A stretch of 35,532 bases of DNA from a virus (taxonomy: Duplodnaviria > Heunggongvirae > Uroviricota > Caudoviricetes > Demerecviridae). Positions 8,873 through 19,996 of this stretch are shown piece by piece. The DNA is taken from positions 1 through 35,532 of the IMG/VR virus record IMGVR_UViG_2974607751_000001; one strand, 5' to 3'. A program made the translations under genes and the position numbers. How positions within the stretch are numbered: position 1 is the first letter of the stretch; every line of letters begins with the position of its first letter. Below the pieces are notes generated by a model, which saw only the letters and a program-made list of their open reading frames with translations, did no database searches and was not told the origin of the DNA.

Positions 8873-9772
8873 ATGTACTACTCTCTAATGAGAGAGTCAA
8901 AAGTTATAGTTGAGTACGATGGCAGGGCTTATCATTTTGATGCCCTGTCAAATTACGATATCAATACGTCCTATGAGGAATTTAAAACTCTTCGTAGGAC
9001 TATCCATCGTAGAACCAACTATGCTGACTCTATTATTAATGCACAAACTCCATCTTCAATATCGCTGGCTATAAATTTTAGTAATACCCTTACTGAAGCT
9101 AACTTCTTTGAATGGATGGGCTTTGACCGAGAGGGTAACACATTCTTACTACCACTTTATAGTACAAATATTGAGCCAACAATGTTTAATATATACATAG
9201 TTAATAAAGACAATAACTGTGTGTATTTTGAGAATTGCTACGTATCTACTGTAGACTTTTCTCTAGATAAAAGCGTTCCTATTTTAAACGTAGGAATTGA
9301 ATCTGGTAAGTTCTCTGAGGTGTCTACTTTTACTCCTGCTGGTTCTATTGTTCAGGGTGAAGTTATGTCATATAGTCCTCCTAGAGTATCTACCAACAGT
9401 AATGTTTTACCCGCTCTTTTATCCGCTTCTATGTCATTCCAGCAACAATGTTCTTGGAGAGAAGATAAAAGCGTATTTGACATAAACAAAATATATAATA
9501 ATAAGAGAGCTTATGTTAATGAAATGAATGCTTCGGCAACAATTGCATTTTACTACACCAAGCGATTTGCTGGTGATATGTTTTATAATATTGAACCCGA
9601 AACTGACATCCCATTAACAATCCGAAATGAACATATTTCGATTGATTTTCCTTCAGCACGTATAACAAAACGCCTACAATTCTCGGATATATACAGAGTT
9701 GAATGGGATGTAATCCCTACTGCAGACTCTGATCCGGTAAGAATCGACTTCTTTGGAGAAATAAAGAAATGA
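8873..9772 (+). CDS. Baseplate tube / minor tail protein (p140-like), 299 aa
   Basis: Synteny and size; start MYYSLMRESK resembles T5 p140. Confidence 0.88.
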   Translation: MYYSLMRESKVIVEYDGRAYHFDALSNYDINTSYEEFKTLRRTIHRRTNYADSIINAQTPSSISLAINFSNTLTEANFFEWMGFDREGNTFLLPLYSTNIEPTMFNIYIVNKDNNCVYFENCYVSTVDFSLDKSVPILNVGIESGKFSEVSTFTPAGSIVQGEVMSYSPPRVSTNSNVLPALLSASMSFQQQCSWREDKSVFDINKIYNNKRAYVNEMNASATIAFYYTKRFAGDMFYNIEPETDIPLTIRNEHISIDFPSARITKRLQFSDIYRVEWDVIPTADSDPVRIDFFGEIKK

Positions 9773-10173
9773 TCAATTTAAAAGATATTACCCTTGAAAC
9801 TCGTACTATTGAGCTGGCTTACCCAGGTATGCCTAACTTCAAGCTGCAACTGAACTACATGTCTCGTGCTGCATCTAAGCGTGTTATCTCTTCCGCTAAG
9901 CGTGACGAGTGGGTTAACGGTACTATGATTCAGGTTCAGGACGATGATAAGTTTATTGAAGCTTTCGTTGATACTGCAATTGCTGGCTGGACTGGCTTGA
10001 CGATTGGAGACGTTGAGAAGCTGATGCTTATCGAAACTGAAGCTGATCCTACTACTGAAGTTCCATTTAGTCGCGATAACGCTATCATGCTTATGCAGAA
10101 CTCTGCTGCGTTTGATTCTTGGATCAACCAGACAGTGTTCCACTTAGACACTTTTCGTAGCTCAAAAGCGTAA
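9769..10173 (+). CDS. Tail assembly chaperone (lambda gpG equivalent), 134 aa
   Basis: First of two small ORFs between the tube genes and the tape measure; GGAG RBS. Confidence 0.85.
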   Translation: MINLKDITLETRTIELAYPGMPNFKLQLNYMSRAASKRVISSAKRDEWVNGTMIQVQDDDKFIEAFVDTAIAGWTGLTIGDVEKLMLIETEADPTTEVPFSRDNAIMLMQNSAAFDSWINQTVFHLDTFRSSKA

Positions 10174-10603
10174 GCAGTTACTAGATGCTGTTGCCGATTT
10201 TGCTGATAAATGCATTAAATCCTCAGCATCTAAAATGACAAAACAACAATATTTAATGCTTTGTGAGTCACTGGGTATTGAACCTGATCCTAAGGCAATG
10301 CCTGTTGAACTCGAAGATTTTCCACCTATTGTATCTACTAGTATGAATATTTATAACAGTCTTATTGATTGTTTCATACCCGGTGATTTTCCTATCTTTA
10401 TAGGAAAAGACAAAAGTGCACTAGGTGTTTTATTTGATATCTATGGGATTACTGATCCTATAGAGAAAGAGTTTGTTCTACACATCATCAATATATTTGA
10501 TTCGAAAGCTGTAGATGCAGCTCGTAAGAGAGCCGAGAAGCATAGTAAACCTAATGGTCGTACCCCGAACATTAAACCGCATGCTAGATCTCGAGCTCAG
10601 TAA
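10148..10603 (+). CDS. Tail assembly chaperone second ORF (gpT equivalent); probably expressed as a frameshift fusion; first ATG at 10235
   Basis: Frame is open from 10148 (after TAG 10145-10147) and overlaps the end of the upstream ORF; no SD before ATG 10235; precedes the tape measure. Confidence 0.75.
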   Translation, partial: TLFVAQKRKQLLDAVADFADKCIKSSASKMTKQQYLMLCESLGIEPDPKAMPVELEDFPPIVSTSMNIYNSLIDCFIPGDFPIFIGKDKSALGVLFDIYGITDPIEKEFVLHIINIFDSKAVDAARKRAEKHSKPNGRTPNIKPHARSRAQ

Positions 10604-10638
10604 AAGTTTCCTCCAATGGGCGTTCCACGATGAGGCTT

Positions 10639-10669
10639 GGCTCTGGGTGATTTGCCCAGAGCCTTTTTT
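10639..10669 (+). terminator. Rho-independent terminator before the tape measure gene
   Basis: GGCTCTGGGT-GATTT-GCCCAGAGCC stem followed by TTTTTT. Confidence 0.9.
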
Positions 10670-10683
10670 ATTGGGAAAAATAA

Positions 10684-13600
10684 ATGACTGATAAGCTAAT
10701 ACGAGAACTACTTATAGATGTAAAGCAGAAAGGGGCAACCCGTACTGCAAAATCTATTGAGAACGTTTCCGATGCGTTAGAAAATGCTGCTGCCGCTTCC
10801 GAACTGACTAATGAGCAGTTAGGAAAAATGCCCAAAACGCTTTACTCCATTGAGAGGGCGGCGGATAGAGCAGCTAAAAGTCTAACTAAAATGCAGGCTA
10901 GCAGAGGTATGCTGGGTATCACCAAATCTATGGATAGTATTGGTGCTAAGTTAGATGACCTTGCTATTGCTATGATCGAGGTATCCGATAAGCTAGAGTC
11001 TGGATTTACACATGTTGGTAAATCTGTTAAGGCTATGGGTAACGATGTAGCTGCTGCAACTGAAAAAGTTCAAGATAGATTATACGATACTAACCGAGCA
11101 CTAGGTAATACTGCTAGAGGCTTTAACGATACAACTACCGCCGCTGGACGTGCTAGTCGTGCAATTGGTAACACTTCTGGTTCAGCACGTGGTGCAACTC
11201 GTGACTTCGCAGCTATGGCTAAAGTGGGTGGTGGTTTACCTCTTATGTACGCTGCTATCGCATCTAACGTGTTCGTTCTACAATCTGCATTCGAACAGCT
11301 TAAGATGGGTGACCAGTTAAACCGTCTTGAGAAGTTTGGTACTATTGTTGGTACTCAAACAGGTACTCCGGTACAAACTCTAGCTAGATCTCTACAAGAG
11401 GCTGCTGGTTATGCAATCTCCTTCGAAGAAGCAATGAGACAAGCATCCTCTGCTTCTGCATATGGATTTGATGCTGAACAACTTAATAAATTTGGTCTAG
11501 TAGCTCGTCGTGCTGCTGCTGTTCTTGGTGTTGATATGACTGATGCACTTAACCGTGTAATCAAGGGTGTATCTAAACAAGAAATCGAACTTCTGGATGA
11601 ACTTGGTGTTACTATTCGTCTTAACGATGCTTATGCCGACTACGTTAAACAGTTAAATGCTGCTAACACAGGTATCACATATAACGTCAATAGTCTTTCA
11701 ACTTTCCAGAAACAACAAGCATATGCTAACGCAGTAATCGCTGAATCTACCAAACGTTTCGGCTACCTGGATGACGTACTTCGTGCAACTCCATGGGAAC
11801 AGTTTGCTGCTAATGCTGATGCTGCATTGAGAAAGGTTCAACAGGCTGCTGCTAAGTATTTAGGGCCGGTAATTGATTCTATTAACGCAGTATTCTATAC
11901 TTCTCAAGCATCTATCTCAGCTTCTGCTGCTAGAGCACAGGAAGAAACTAACCGTCAGATTGACCCAACTAACGTTGGTGCTGTAGCTTTAAGTCTTTCC
12001 GCTTCTGAGGAAGGATATAATAAAGCTCTGGATATGTATAAAGAATCTCTAGAAAAGCGTAATAAGTTAAAAGCTGATCTAGACAAGCGTATGGAACAGG
12101 CTGACTTCTTTACCGCAGGTGCAATTCGTTCTGTGGCTCAAGGTGTTCCCGTGAGTGCTGCGGCTCTTGGTGCTTCGGAGGAAAACAAGAAGTTCGTAGC
12201 TGAAACTGCGGCTATGGCACTCCAAGTAGAACGTTTGGATAAGGAAGTTACTGATTCAACTGATAACTTAGGTGCATGGAAATCTGCATATCAAGCTGCT
12301 GGTGCTGCGGCTGCTAAGGCTAATCCAGAATTCCAGAAGCAGATTAACCTGCAGAAGGATATGAATGACCCTGATGCGGTTTATGACTTTAACTCTGCAA
12401 CCCTAAAAGGACTGACAGAGCAGCAGAAAGCATATGATCAAGCTAAGAAAACTGCTAGTGACTTAGCTAACGATATCCAGAACATCGCTCAGAACACTAA
12501 CACTGCGGCTAAAACTAGTGCATCCCTATCAGATACGATTAAGACTATTGAGTCTCTATCTGCGGGTACTGGTAAAAATGCTGATGAGTATGTTAAGAGC
12601 CTGAATTTAGGGTATAATACTCTTAGTGAGATGAAGACTGCTTCACAAGCTCTTGCTGGTTACGTAAAATTAACTGGTAATGAGACTAAGAATCAGTTAG
12701 AAGTTCAGCAGAAGATTGCAGAAGTATACAACCAGACTAAGGACAAAGAGAAAGCACAGGAAGCTGGTAGACGTCTGGAAATCCAACAGTTAGAAGAACA
12801 GGAAGCAGCTCTTAAGCGTGTCCTAGAAACTAACAAGGGTAATAAAGCAATCGAGAATGAAATAGCTAAGATTCAGTTAGAACGTATCAAAGTTACTAAC
12901 CAGGGTATGGAAGCCCAGAAGAAGGTTAAGGACTATACGGATAAGATTCTTGGTGTTGATCGTGAAATTGCTCTCCTGAATAATCGTACTATGACTGATA
13001 CTCAGTATCGTTTAGCTCAGTTGAACCTTGAACTGACTGTCGAGAAAGAGAAATACGCATGGTATACTAAGCAAGCAGATAAGCAGAAAGAAGCAGAACA
13101 GTCAAGACGTGCTCAGGCACAGATTGAACGTGAAATCTGGAAATTCCGTCAAGATCAGCAGATGGAAATGGCTTCTGGACGCGAAAGAGCTCTTAATATT
13201 TCACAGACTAGCAGAAACGTTACTGGGGAATCTCAGAGACTAACTGAACAGCAAGCTTTGTACCAAAGTTTACTGGAAATTACAAAAGGAAATGCACAAG
13301 CTCAGGAAGAGTATAAGCGTAAGATCCAAGAAACTTCGGCAGCTCTAGCACAGCTTAAGATGCAACGTGATGCTCAGATGCAGCAGCAAGTCACTTCTTC
13401 TGTTGGTGGTGTTTACACTCCAACAACTGGACTGGAAGGAGATGATAAAGCAAATATGGATATGCAGAATAGGATGGCATCCTATGACCAGGCTATTTCT
13501 AAGCTGTCTGAACTGAACTCCGAAGCAACTGCTGTAGCACAAAGCATGGGTAACCTAACTAACGCTATGATCCAGTTCTCTCAAGGATCTCTGGATACCA

Positions 13601-14364
13601 CTTCTCTAGTAGCGGCTGGTATGCAAACTGTATCTTCAATGATTCAGTATAGTGTTGGTCAACAGGTAAGTGCTATTGATGCAGCTATTGCAGCAGAACA
13701 GAAACGTGATGGTAAATCTGAGCAATCCAAAGCTAAGATCAAGAAGTTAGAGGCTGAAAAGCTCAAGATCCAGCAAGATGCAGCTAAGAAACAAATCATT
13801 ATCCAGACGGCAGTAGCGGTGATGCAAGCAGCAACAGCTGTTCCGTATCCATTCTCTATTCCTCTGATGGTTGCAGCTGGTTTAGCAGGTGCTATGGCTC
13901 TTGCTCAAGCATCCTCTGCATCTGGTATGTCTTCTATTGGGGACTCTGGTGCTGAGACGGCTGGTTACTTAACTCTTGGAGAGCGCCAGAAGAACGTAGA
14001 CGTTTCTATGTCGGCTAACGCAGGTGAACTTTCTTATATTCGAGGAGATCAAGGGATTGGTAATGCGAACTCTTTCGTACCTCGTGCAGAAGGTGGTAAT
14101 ATGTATCCTGGAGTTAGTTACCAGATGGGTGAGCATGGTACCGAAGTAATCACTCCTATGGTTCCGATGAAGGCTACTCCTACTGATGAACTCAAAGGAT
14201 CTTCAAAGGGTACATCTGGTAGACCTATTGTGCTGAACATCAGTACGATGGATGCGGCTAGCTTCCGAGACTTTGCTTCGAGCAACAGTGCTGCTTTCAG
14301 GGATGCCGTGGAACAGGCTCTTAATGAGAATGGAACCACCCTGAAATCACTTGGTAATTCTTAA
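10684..14364 (+). CDS. Tape measure protein (pb2-like), 1226 aa
   Basis: Long Ala/Gln/Lys-rich helical protein; hydrophobic segment near the C-terminus (IIIQTAVAVM...LMVAAGLAGAMAL); C-terminal RAEGG..GEHGTEVITP motif typical of TMPs. Confidence 0.96.
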   Translation: MTDKLIRELLIDVKQKGATRTAKSIENVSDALENAAAASELTNEQLGKMPKTLYSIERAADRAAKSLTKMQASRGMLGITKSMDSIGAKLDDLAIAMIEVSDKLESGFTHVGKSVKAMGNDVAAATEKVQDRLYDTNRALGNTARGFNDTTTAAGRASRAIGNTSGSARGATRDFAAMAKVGGGLPLMYAAIASNVFVLQSAFEQLKMGDQLNRLEKFGTIVGTQTGTPVQTLARSLQEAAGYAISFEEAMRQASSASAYGFDAEQLNKFGLVARRAAAVLGVDMTDALNRVIKGVSKQEIELLDELGVTIRLNDAYADYVKQLNAANTGITYNVNSLSTFQKQQAYANAVIAESTKRFGYLDDVLRATPWEQFAANADAALRKVQQAAAKYLGPVIDSINAVFYTSQASISASAARAQEETNRQIDPTNVGAVALSLSASEEGYNKALDMYKESLEKRNKLKADLDKRMEQADFFTAGAIRSVAQGVPVSAAALGASEENKKFVAETAAMALQVERLDKEVTDSTDNLGAWKSAYQAAGAAAAKANPEFQKQINLQKDMNDPDAVYDFNSATLKGLTEQQKAYDQAKKTASDLANDIQNIAQNTNTAAKTSASLSDTIKTIESLSAGTGKNADEYVKSLNLGYNTLSEMKTASQALAGYVKLTGNETKNQLEVQQKIAEVYNQTKDKEKAQEAGRRLEIQQLEEQEAALKRVLETNKGNKAIENEIAKIQLERIKVTNQGMEAQKKVKDYTDKILGVDREIALLNNRTMTDTQYRLAQLNLELTVEKEKYAWYTKQADKQKEAEQSRRAQAQIEREIWKFRQDQQMEMASGRERALNISQTSRNVTGESQRLTEQQALYQSLLEITKGNAQAQEEYKRKIQETSAALAQLKMQRDAQMQQQVTSSVGGVYTPTTGLEGDDKANMDMQNRMASYDQAISKLSELNSEATAVAQSMGNLTNAMIQFSQGSLDTTSLVAAGMQTVSSMIQYSVGQQVSAIDAAIAAEQKRDGKSEQSKAKIKKLEAEKLKIQQDAAKKQIIIQTAVAVMQAATAVPYPFSIPLMVAAGLAGAMALAQASSASGMSSIGDSGAETAGYLTLGERQKNVDVSMSANAGELSYIRGDQGIGNANSFVPRAEGGNMYPGVSYQMGEHGTEVITPMVPMKATPTDELKGSSKGTSGRPIVLNISTMDAASFRDFASSNSAAFRDAVEQALNENGTTLKSLGNS

Positions 14365-14369
14365 TACTG

Positions 14370-14399
14370 GAGGAGGACTTTATGTCCTCCTTTTCTTTA
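14370..14399 (+). terminator. Rho-independent terminator after the tape measure gene
   Basis: AGGAGGAC-TTTAT-GTCCTCCT stem followed by TTTCTTT. Confidence 0.88.
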
Positions 14400-14400
14400 T

Positions 14401-14472
14401 GGAAAAATAAAAATTTCTTGATAAAATTTTCCAATCCTATTATAATATTGTTATTAAGAGGAGAAATTAACT
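14401..14472 (+). promoter_or_regulatory. Late promoter, T5 P_G25-like, plus RBS
   Basis: UP element GAAAAATAAAAATT, -35 TTGATA (14418-14423), 17-bp spacer, -10 TATAAT (14441-14446), RBS AAGAGGAGAAATTAACT-ATG. Confidence 0.92.
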
Positions 14473-15087
14473 ATGAGACTACCAGACCCATACACGAACC
14501 CAGAGCTATCAGGGTTAGGTTTTGAAAGCGTTAACTTAGTAGACAATGACCCTATGATTCGTGATGAATTACCTAATGGTAAAGTTAGGGAGGTTAAGGT
14601 GTCTGCTCAATATTGGGGTATTAATATCTCTTATCCAGAATTATTCCCAGATGAATTTGCTAAATTAGACTCATTCATTCTAGATTATAAAAGAACAGGT
14701 AGCTATATTGATGTGTTATTACCACAATATGAAGCCTTCCGAGTTCGTGGTGATACTAGTGCTGTAAATATTCCTGCTGGACAAAAAGGTTCAACAGTTA
14801 TTATGGACACTAAAGGTACACTTCGTGGACTGCCTAAACCAGGCGATTTATTTAAGTTGTCCAATCATCCAAAAGTGTATAAAATCACTTCTATCAATAC
14901 AGCAGGAAATACTTGGAATATAAGTGTTTATCCTGATCTATTCATTACTACTACGGGTAGTGAGAAACCGGTATTTAATGGTATTCTGTTTAGAACTAAA
15001 TTAATGAACGGAGACAGTTTTGGCTCTACGTTAAATAGTAATGGTACATATACTGGTATTTCACTTTCCTTGAGGGAAAGTCTATGA
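14473..15087 (+). CDS. Distal tail protein Dit (pb9-like), 204 aa
   Basis: MRLPDPYTNPE start; same size and position as T5 pb9. Confidence 0.94.
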   Translation: MRLPDPYTNPELSGLGFESVNLVDNDPMIRDELPNGKVREVKVSAQYWGINISYPELFPDEFAKLDSFILDYKRTGSYIDVLLPQYEAFRVRGDTSAVNIPAGQKGSTVIMDTKGTLRGLPKPGDLFKLSNHPKVYKITSINTAGNTWNISVYPDLFITTTGSEKPVFNGILFRTKLMNGDSFGSTLNSNGTYTGISLSLRESL

Positions 15088-17933
15088 AGAAAATTCTTGA
15101 CAGTGCAAGAGAGTATTTAAGAACTAATAATAAAATAAAAACTGCATGCCTTATTACTCTTGAATTGCCAAGCTCTACCGGATCAAGTTCTGCATACATT
15201 TATCTTACAGACTATTTTAGAGATGTAATTTATAATGGTATTCTTTACACATCCGGTAAAGTTAAGTCTATAACAACACATAAACAAAATAGAAAACTTT
15301 CCATTGGTAGCCTTTCTTTTACTATCACAGGTACTGCTGAGGATGAAGTGTTAAAACTAGTCCAAAATGGTGTATCCTTCCTAGATAGATCTATTTCAAT
15401 CCATCAAGCGGTTATTGATGAAGAAGGTAACATTCTTCCTGTAGATCCAGACACTAATGGTCCTTTACTTTACTTCCGTGGTAAAATCACTGGTGGTGGT
15501 ATTAAGGATAACATTGGTACTTCTGGAATCAGCACATCTATTATTACATGGAACTGTTCAAACCAATTCTATGACTTTGATAGAGTAAATGGACGCTTCA
15601 CAGATGATGCTGACCATAGGGGACTTGAGATTGTTGCTGGCCAATTAGTTCCCTCTAATGGTGCTAAGAGACCTGAATATCAAGAGGACTACGGATTCTT
15701 TCACGCTAACAAGAGTATTTCTATTCTTGCTAAGTATCAGGTACAGGAAGAACGTTATAAGTTACAATCTAAAAAGAAATTATTTGGTCTTTCTAGAAGC
15801 TATAGTCTAAAGAAATACTATGAGACTGTAACTAAGGAAGTAGACCTTGATTTTAACTTAGCTGCTAAATTCCTGCCAGTAGTATATGGAGTTCAAAAAA
15901 TTCCTGGAATCCCAGTATTTGCAGATACTGAACTGCATAATCCTAATATCGTATATGTAGTGTACGCCTTCTGTGAGGGTGAGATTGATGGATTCCTAGA
16001 TTTCTACTTTGGTGATGTACCAATGATCTGTATTGATCCTAATGATAGTAAGTCTCGTACTTGCTTTGGTACTAAGAAAGTAGCTGGTGATACCATGCAA
16101 CGTATTGCTTCTGGTCAACCAAGCTCTGAACCTTCTGTTCATGGACAGGAATATAAGTATAATGATGGTAATGGCGATATCCGTATCTGGACTTATCATG
16201 GTAAGGCTGATCAATCTGCTGCTGATGTTCTAGTTAACATTGCAAAAGAGAAAGGTTTCTATTTACAGAACATGAATGAGAATGGACCGGAATACTGGGA
16301 CTCTCGTTATAAACTGTTAGATACTGCTTATGCTATCGTTCGCTTTACTATTAATGAAAACAGAACAGAAATCCCAGAAGTTAGTGCTGAAGTTCAAGGT
16401 AAGAAGATTAAGATCTATCATTCAGATGGTAGAGTAACTGCTGATAAGACTAGCTTAAATGGTATCTGGCAAACTCTGGACTACCTAACCTCTGATCGCT
16501 ATGGTGCTAATATCACTATTGATCAGTTCCCTCTCCAGCAACTTATTCAAGAAGCAGCTATTCTGGATATCATTGATGAATCCTATCAGGTTTCTTGGCA
16601 ACCCTATTGGAGATACGTTGGATGGACTGATGCTGTAGGAGAGAATAGACAAATAGTTCAAATGAACACTATTCTTGATACCTCTGAGTCAGTATTTAAA
16701 AACGTGCAGGGATTAATAGAGTCTTATGGTGGTGCTATCAACAACTTATCTGGACAGTATAGAATAACTGTTGAGAAGTTCTCAAACACCCCATTAGAGA
16801 TTGACTTCTTAGATACCTATGGTGATCTGGAGCTATCAGATACTACGGGAAGAAATAAATTCAACTCAGTACAAGCCTCCATATTAGACCCTGCATTAAG
16901 CTGGAAAACTAACTCCATTACATTCTTTAACTCTATATTTAAGGAACAAGATAAAGGGTTAGATAAAAAACTTCAGCTTTCTTTTGCAAACATCACTAAC
17001 TACTATACTGCACGTAGCTTTGCAGATAGAGAACTGAAAAAGTCTCGTTACTCACGAACTCTCACATTCTCACTACCATATCATTTCATAGGCATTGAGC
17101 CTAACGATCCGATTGCTTTTACATATGGTCGTTATGGTTGGGTTAAGAAATACTTTCTAGTTGATGAAGTTGAAAACTCTAGAGAAGGTAAGATTAATAT
17201 TACACTGCAAGAGTATGGTGAGGATGTATTCATTAACTCCGAGCAGGTTGATAATAGTGGTAACGATATCCCTGATGTTAGTAATAACGTACTGCCTCCT
17301 AGAGACTTTATGTACACACCAACACCGGGTGGACAAGTAGGATCTATTGGTAAGAATGGTGAGTTATCTTGGCTTCCTAGCTTAACTAATAATGTTGTTT
17401 ATTACTCCATCGTTCACTCAGGGCATGCTGATCCTTATATCGTACAGCAACTAGAAACTAATCCAAATCTACAAATGATCCAAGAAATTATTGGAGAACC
17501 TGCTGGTTTAGCAGTCTTTGAGATTAGAGCTGTAGATATTAACGGTAGACGAAGTTCTCCTGTAACATTATCGGTAGAACTTAACTCTGCTAAAAACTTA
17601 AGCGTCGTTAGTAATTTCAGGGTTACTAACACAGCTTCAGGAGATGCATCGGAGTTTGTAGGACCAGACGTTAAGTTGGCCTGGGATAGAATTCCAGAAG
17701 AAGATATCATTGATGGAATCTTCTACACTCTCGAAATCTACGATAATCTAGATCGTTTATTAAGAAGTGTACGAATTGAAGATCAGTATGTCTACGATTA
17801 TCTACTGATATACAATAAGGCAGACTATGCTCTTCATAACGAGGATGCTCTAGGTATTAACAGGAAGTTACGCTTCCGTATAAGAGCAGAAGGTGATAAT
17901 GGCGAGCAATCTGTGGATTGGGCATCTATTTAA
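15084..17933 (+). CDS. Baseplate hub / Tal-like protein (pb3-like), 949 aa
   Basis: Follows Dit; LPVVYGVQKIPG gpJ-like motif; C-terminal FNIII-like segments (VLPPRDF, LSVVSNFRV). Confidence 0.93.
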   Translation: MKKILDSAREYLRTNNKIKTACLITLELPSSTGSSSAYIYLTDYFRDVIYNGILYTSGKVKSITTHKQNRKLSIGSLSFTITGTAEDEVLKLVQNGVSFLDRSISIHQAVIDEEGNILPVDPDTNGPLLYFRGKITGGGIKDNIGTSGISTSIITWNCSNQFYDFDRVNGRFTDDADHRGLEIVAGQLVPSNGAKRPEYQEDYGFFHANKSISILAKYQVQEERYKLQSKKKLFGLSRSYSLKKYYETVTKEVDLDFNLAAKFLPVVYGVQKIPGIPVFADTELHNPNIVYVVYAFCEGEIDGFLDFYFGDVPMICIDPNDSKSRTCFGTKKVAGDTMQRIASGQPSSEPSVHGQEYKYNDGNGDIRIWTYHGKADQSAADVLVNIAKEKGFYLQNMNENGPEYWDSRYKLLDTAYAIVRFTINENRTEIPEVSAEVQGKKIKIYHSDGRVTADKTSLNGIWQTLDYLTSDRYGANITIDQFPLQQLIQEAAILDIIDESYQVSWQPYWRYVGWTDAVGENRQIVQMNTILDTSESVFKNVQGLIESYGGAINNLSGQYRITVEKFSNTPLEIDFLDTYGDLELSDTTGRNKFNSVQASILDPALSWKTNSITFFNSIFKEQDKGLDKKLQLSFANITNYYTARSFADRELKKSRYSRTLTFSLPYHFIGIEPNDPIAFTYGRYGWVKKYFLVDEVENSREGKINITLQEYGEDVFINSEQVDNSGNDIPDVSNNVLPPRDFMYTPTPGGQVGSIGKNGELSWLPSLTNNVVYYSIVHSGHADPYIVQQLETNPNLQMIQEIIGEPAGLAVFEIRAVDINGRRSSPVTLSVELNSAKNLSVVSNFRVTNTASGDASEFVGPDVKLAWDRIPEEDIIDGIFYTLEIYDNLDRLLRSVRIEDQYVYDYLLIYNKADYALHNEDALGINRKLRFRIRAEGDNGEQSVDWASI

Positions 17934-19991
17934 ATGATTTCGAATAATGCACCAGCCAAGATGGTCTTAAATAGTATTATGACTGGGTATACGATGGCGT
18001 ATATCCAGCATTCTATCTATACCGACTACGATGTTATCGGTAGATCATTCTGGCTTAAACTTGGCGAAGAAGTGGATAGAAGAGATTTCACTGGAATCGA
18101 CACTTTCTTTGTTATGATCAATAATTTAACTCCCTCAACAACCTATCAGGTTCAGGGAGCTTTTTATGACTCAATTATTGACTCAGAACTTTTAAATGCA
18201 AAAATTGGTATTAACCTCTCTAATGAAACTAACTTTAAAACAAAAGAGAAACCAATAATTGTTGCAGCAAGGTCTGAGTCAGAACCCGTGGATGTTGGGG
18301 TGGGCGCACCGATAGTTATTGTGGAAACAACTGGTGAAGCAAGCTACTGTACTATTGAGTTAAAAAGTACAGCCACTGAAGACAGTCCGTGGACTAAATA
18401 TTACATCGGGGCTTTAGGTTCTACTATTAAATTTGGTGGAGTTCCTATCGGAGATTATAAGATCAGAATATCTGGTCAAGTAACTATGCCTGATGGTGTT
18501 ACAGTTGACTCTTCTGGGTACTATGAGTTCCCTAATATTCTAACTGTAGCTTATAACTTTGTTCCTCCTACTGCACCTATTGATATCGTATTTAAAGCCG
18601 CACGAATTGCTGATGGTAAAGAACGCTACGATGTTAGAATCGAGTGGGATTGGGAACGTGGTGCTGGGGCTAACGTTCGTGAGTTCTTAGTTACTTATAT
18701 AAATTCCGAAGAATACGCTAAAACCGGATGGGCTAAAGCTCAAAAGATAAACGTGGGTGCTGCTAGAGCTGCAACGATTATATCATTCCCATGGAAAGTT
18801 GAACATACTTTTAAGGTATCATCAATTGCCTGGGGACCAAATAAACAAGATATAACAGAGTCAGCTCCTGTAACATTTATTCTGAATGAAGATACTCCTC
18901 TAGATAATAGTTTTGTCAATGAGACGGGTATTGATGTTAACTATGCCTTTATTAAAGGCAGCATGAAAGATGGGGAAATCTGGAGACAAACATTCCTAAT
19001 TGATGCAGCTACTGGTGCTATTAACATTGGTCTGCTAGATGAAGAAGGTAAAGCACCTATTTCTTTCGACCCTATAAACCGTGTTGTTAACGTTGATGGC
19101 AAAGTAATTACTAGAGATATTAATGCTGCGAACTTTATCATGACCAACTTATCTGGTAAAGATAATCCAGCAATTTACACTCAGGGTAAATCCTGGGGAG
19201 ATAATAACTCTGGTATTTGGATGGGTATGGATAATACATCTGCCAAAGCGAAACTAGACATTGGTAATGCTACACAATGGATACGTTATGATGGTACTAC
19301 TCTGCGTATCTCTAGTGGTGTAGTAATTGGAACGCCAAATGGTGACGTAGATATTGGAACTGGTTTACAAGGTAAGCAAACAGTATTTGTTTATAAGTTA
19401 GCAACATCTCTTCCAGCTAAACCATTAGAACAAGATTATCCACCTCCTGGTTGGTCAAAAACTCCACCTAACCGTACAGATATGACACAAAATATCTATG
19501 CGACTACAGGTACACTTGATCCAGTTACTAACAAACTTCTTGAAGGCACTAGCTGGTCTGATGTAGTGCAGTGGAGTGGTACTGAAGGTACTATAGGGCA
19601 TGATGGACAGCGTGGTCCTGGGATGTACTCCATGGGTATTCCTGGATTAGGCGGTTGGGATGATGGACAAGCTAACGCATTCTTCCAAAATAACTTTGGA
19701 AAACCTCCGGTTAAGTATGATGTTCTAACACAATTTAACAGTAATGCTCCGCAAACAGCATTTACCCGTCAATGGAACGGGGCTGGGTGGATTAACCCTG
19801 CAATGGTTCTTCATGGCAATATGATTGTTAATGGAACTGTGACTGCTGATAAGATTGTGGCAGGAAATGCCTTCTTATCACAAATAGGTGTTAATATAAT
19901 CTACGACAGAAATGCTGCGTTATCAGGGAACCCTGAAGCATACTACAAGATGAAGATAGACCTAAACAGTGGGTATATCCATATAAGGTAA
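17934..19991 (+). CDS. Central straight tail fibre (pb4-like), 685 aa
   Basis: N-terminal FNIII-like repeats, short collagen-like [15 protein letters not shown] segment, C-terminus [14 protein letters not shown] as in T5 pb4. Confidence 0.92.
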   Translation: MISNNAPAKMVLNSIMTGYTMAYIQHSIYTDYDVIGRSFWLKLGEEVDRRDFTGIDTFFVMINNLTPSTTYQVQGAFYDSIIDSELLNAKIGINLSNETNFKTKEKPIIVAARSESEPVDVGVGAPIVIVETTGEASYCTIELKSTATEDSPWTKYYIGALGSTIKFGGVPIGDYKIRISGQVTMPDGVTVDSSGYYEFPNILTVAYNFVPPTAPIDIVFKAARIADGKERYDVRIEWDWERGAGANVREFLVTYINSEEYAKTGWAKAQKINVGAARAATIISFPWKVEHTFKVSSIAWGPNKQDITESAPVTFILNEDTPLDNSFVNETGIDVNYAFIKGSMKDGEIWRQTFLIDAATGAINIGLLDEEGKAPISFDPINRVVNVDGKVITRDINAANFIMTNLSGKDNPAIYTQGKSWGDNNSGIWMGMDNTSAKAKLDIGNATQWIRYDGTTLRISSGVVIGTPNGDVDIGTGLQGKQTVFVYKLATSLPAKPLEQDYPPPGWSKTPPNRTDMTQNIYATTGTLDPVTNKLLEGTSWSDVVQWSGTEGTIGHDGQRGPGMYSMGIPGLGGWDDGQANAFFQNNFGKPPVKYDVLTQFNSNAPQTAFTRQWNGAGWINPAMVLHGNMIVNGTVTADKIVAGNAFLSQIGVNIIYDRNAALSGNPEAYYKMKIDLNSGYIHIR

Positions 19992-19996
19992 TTATA

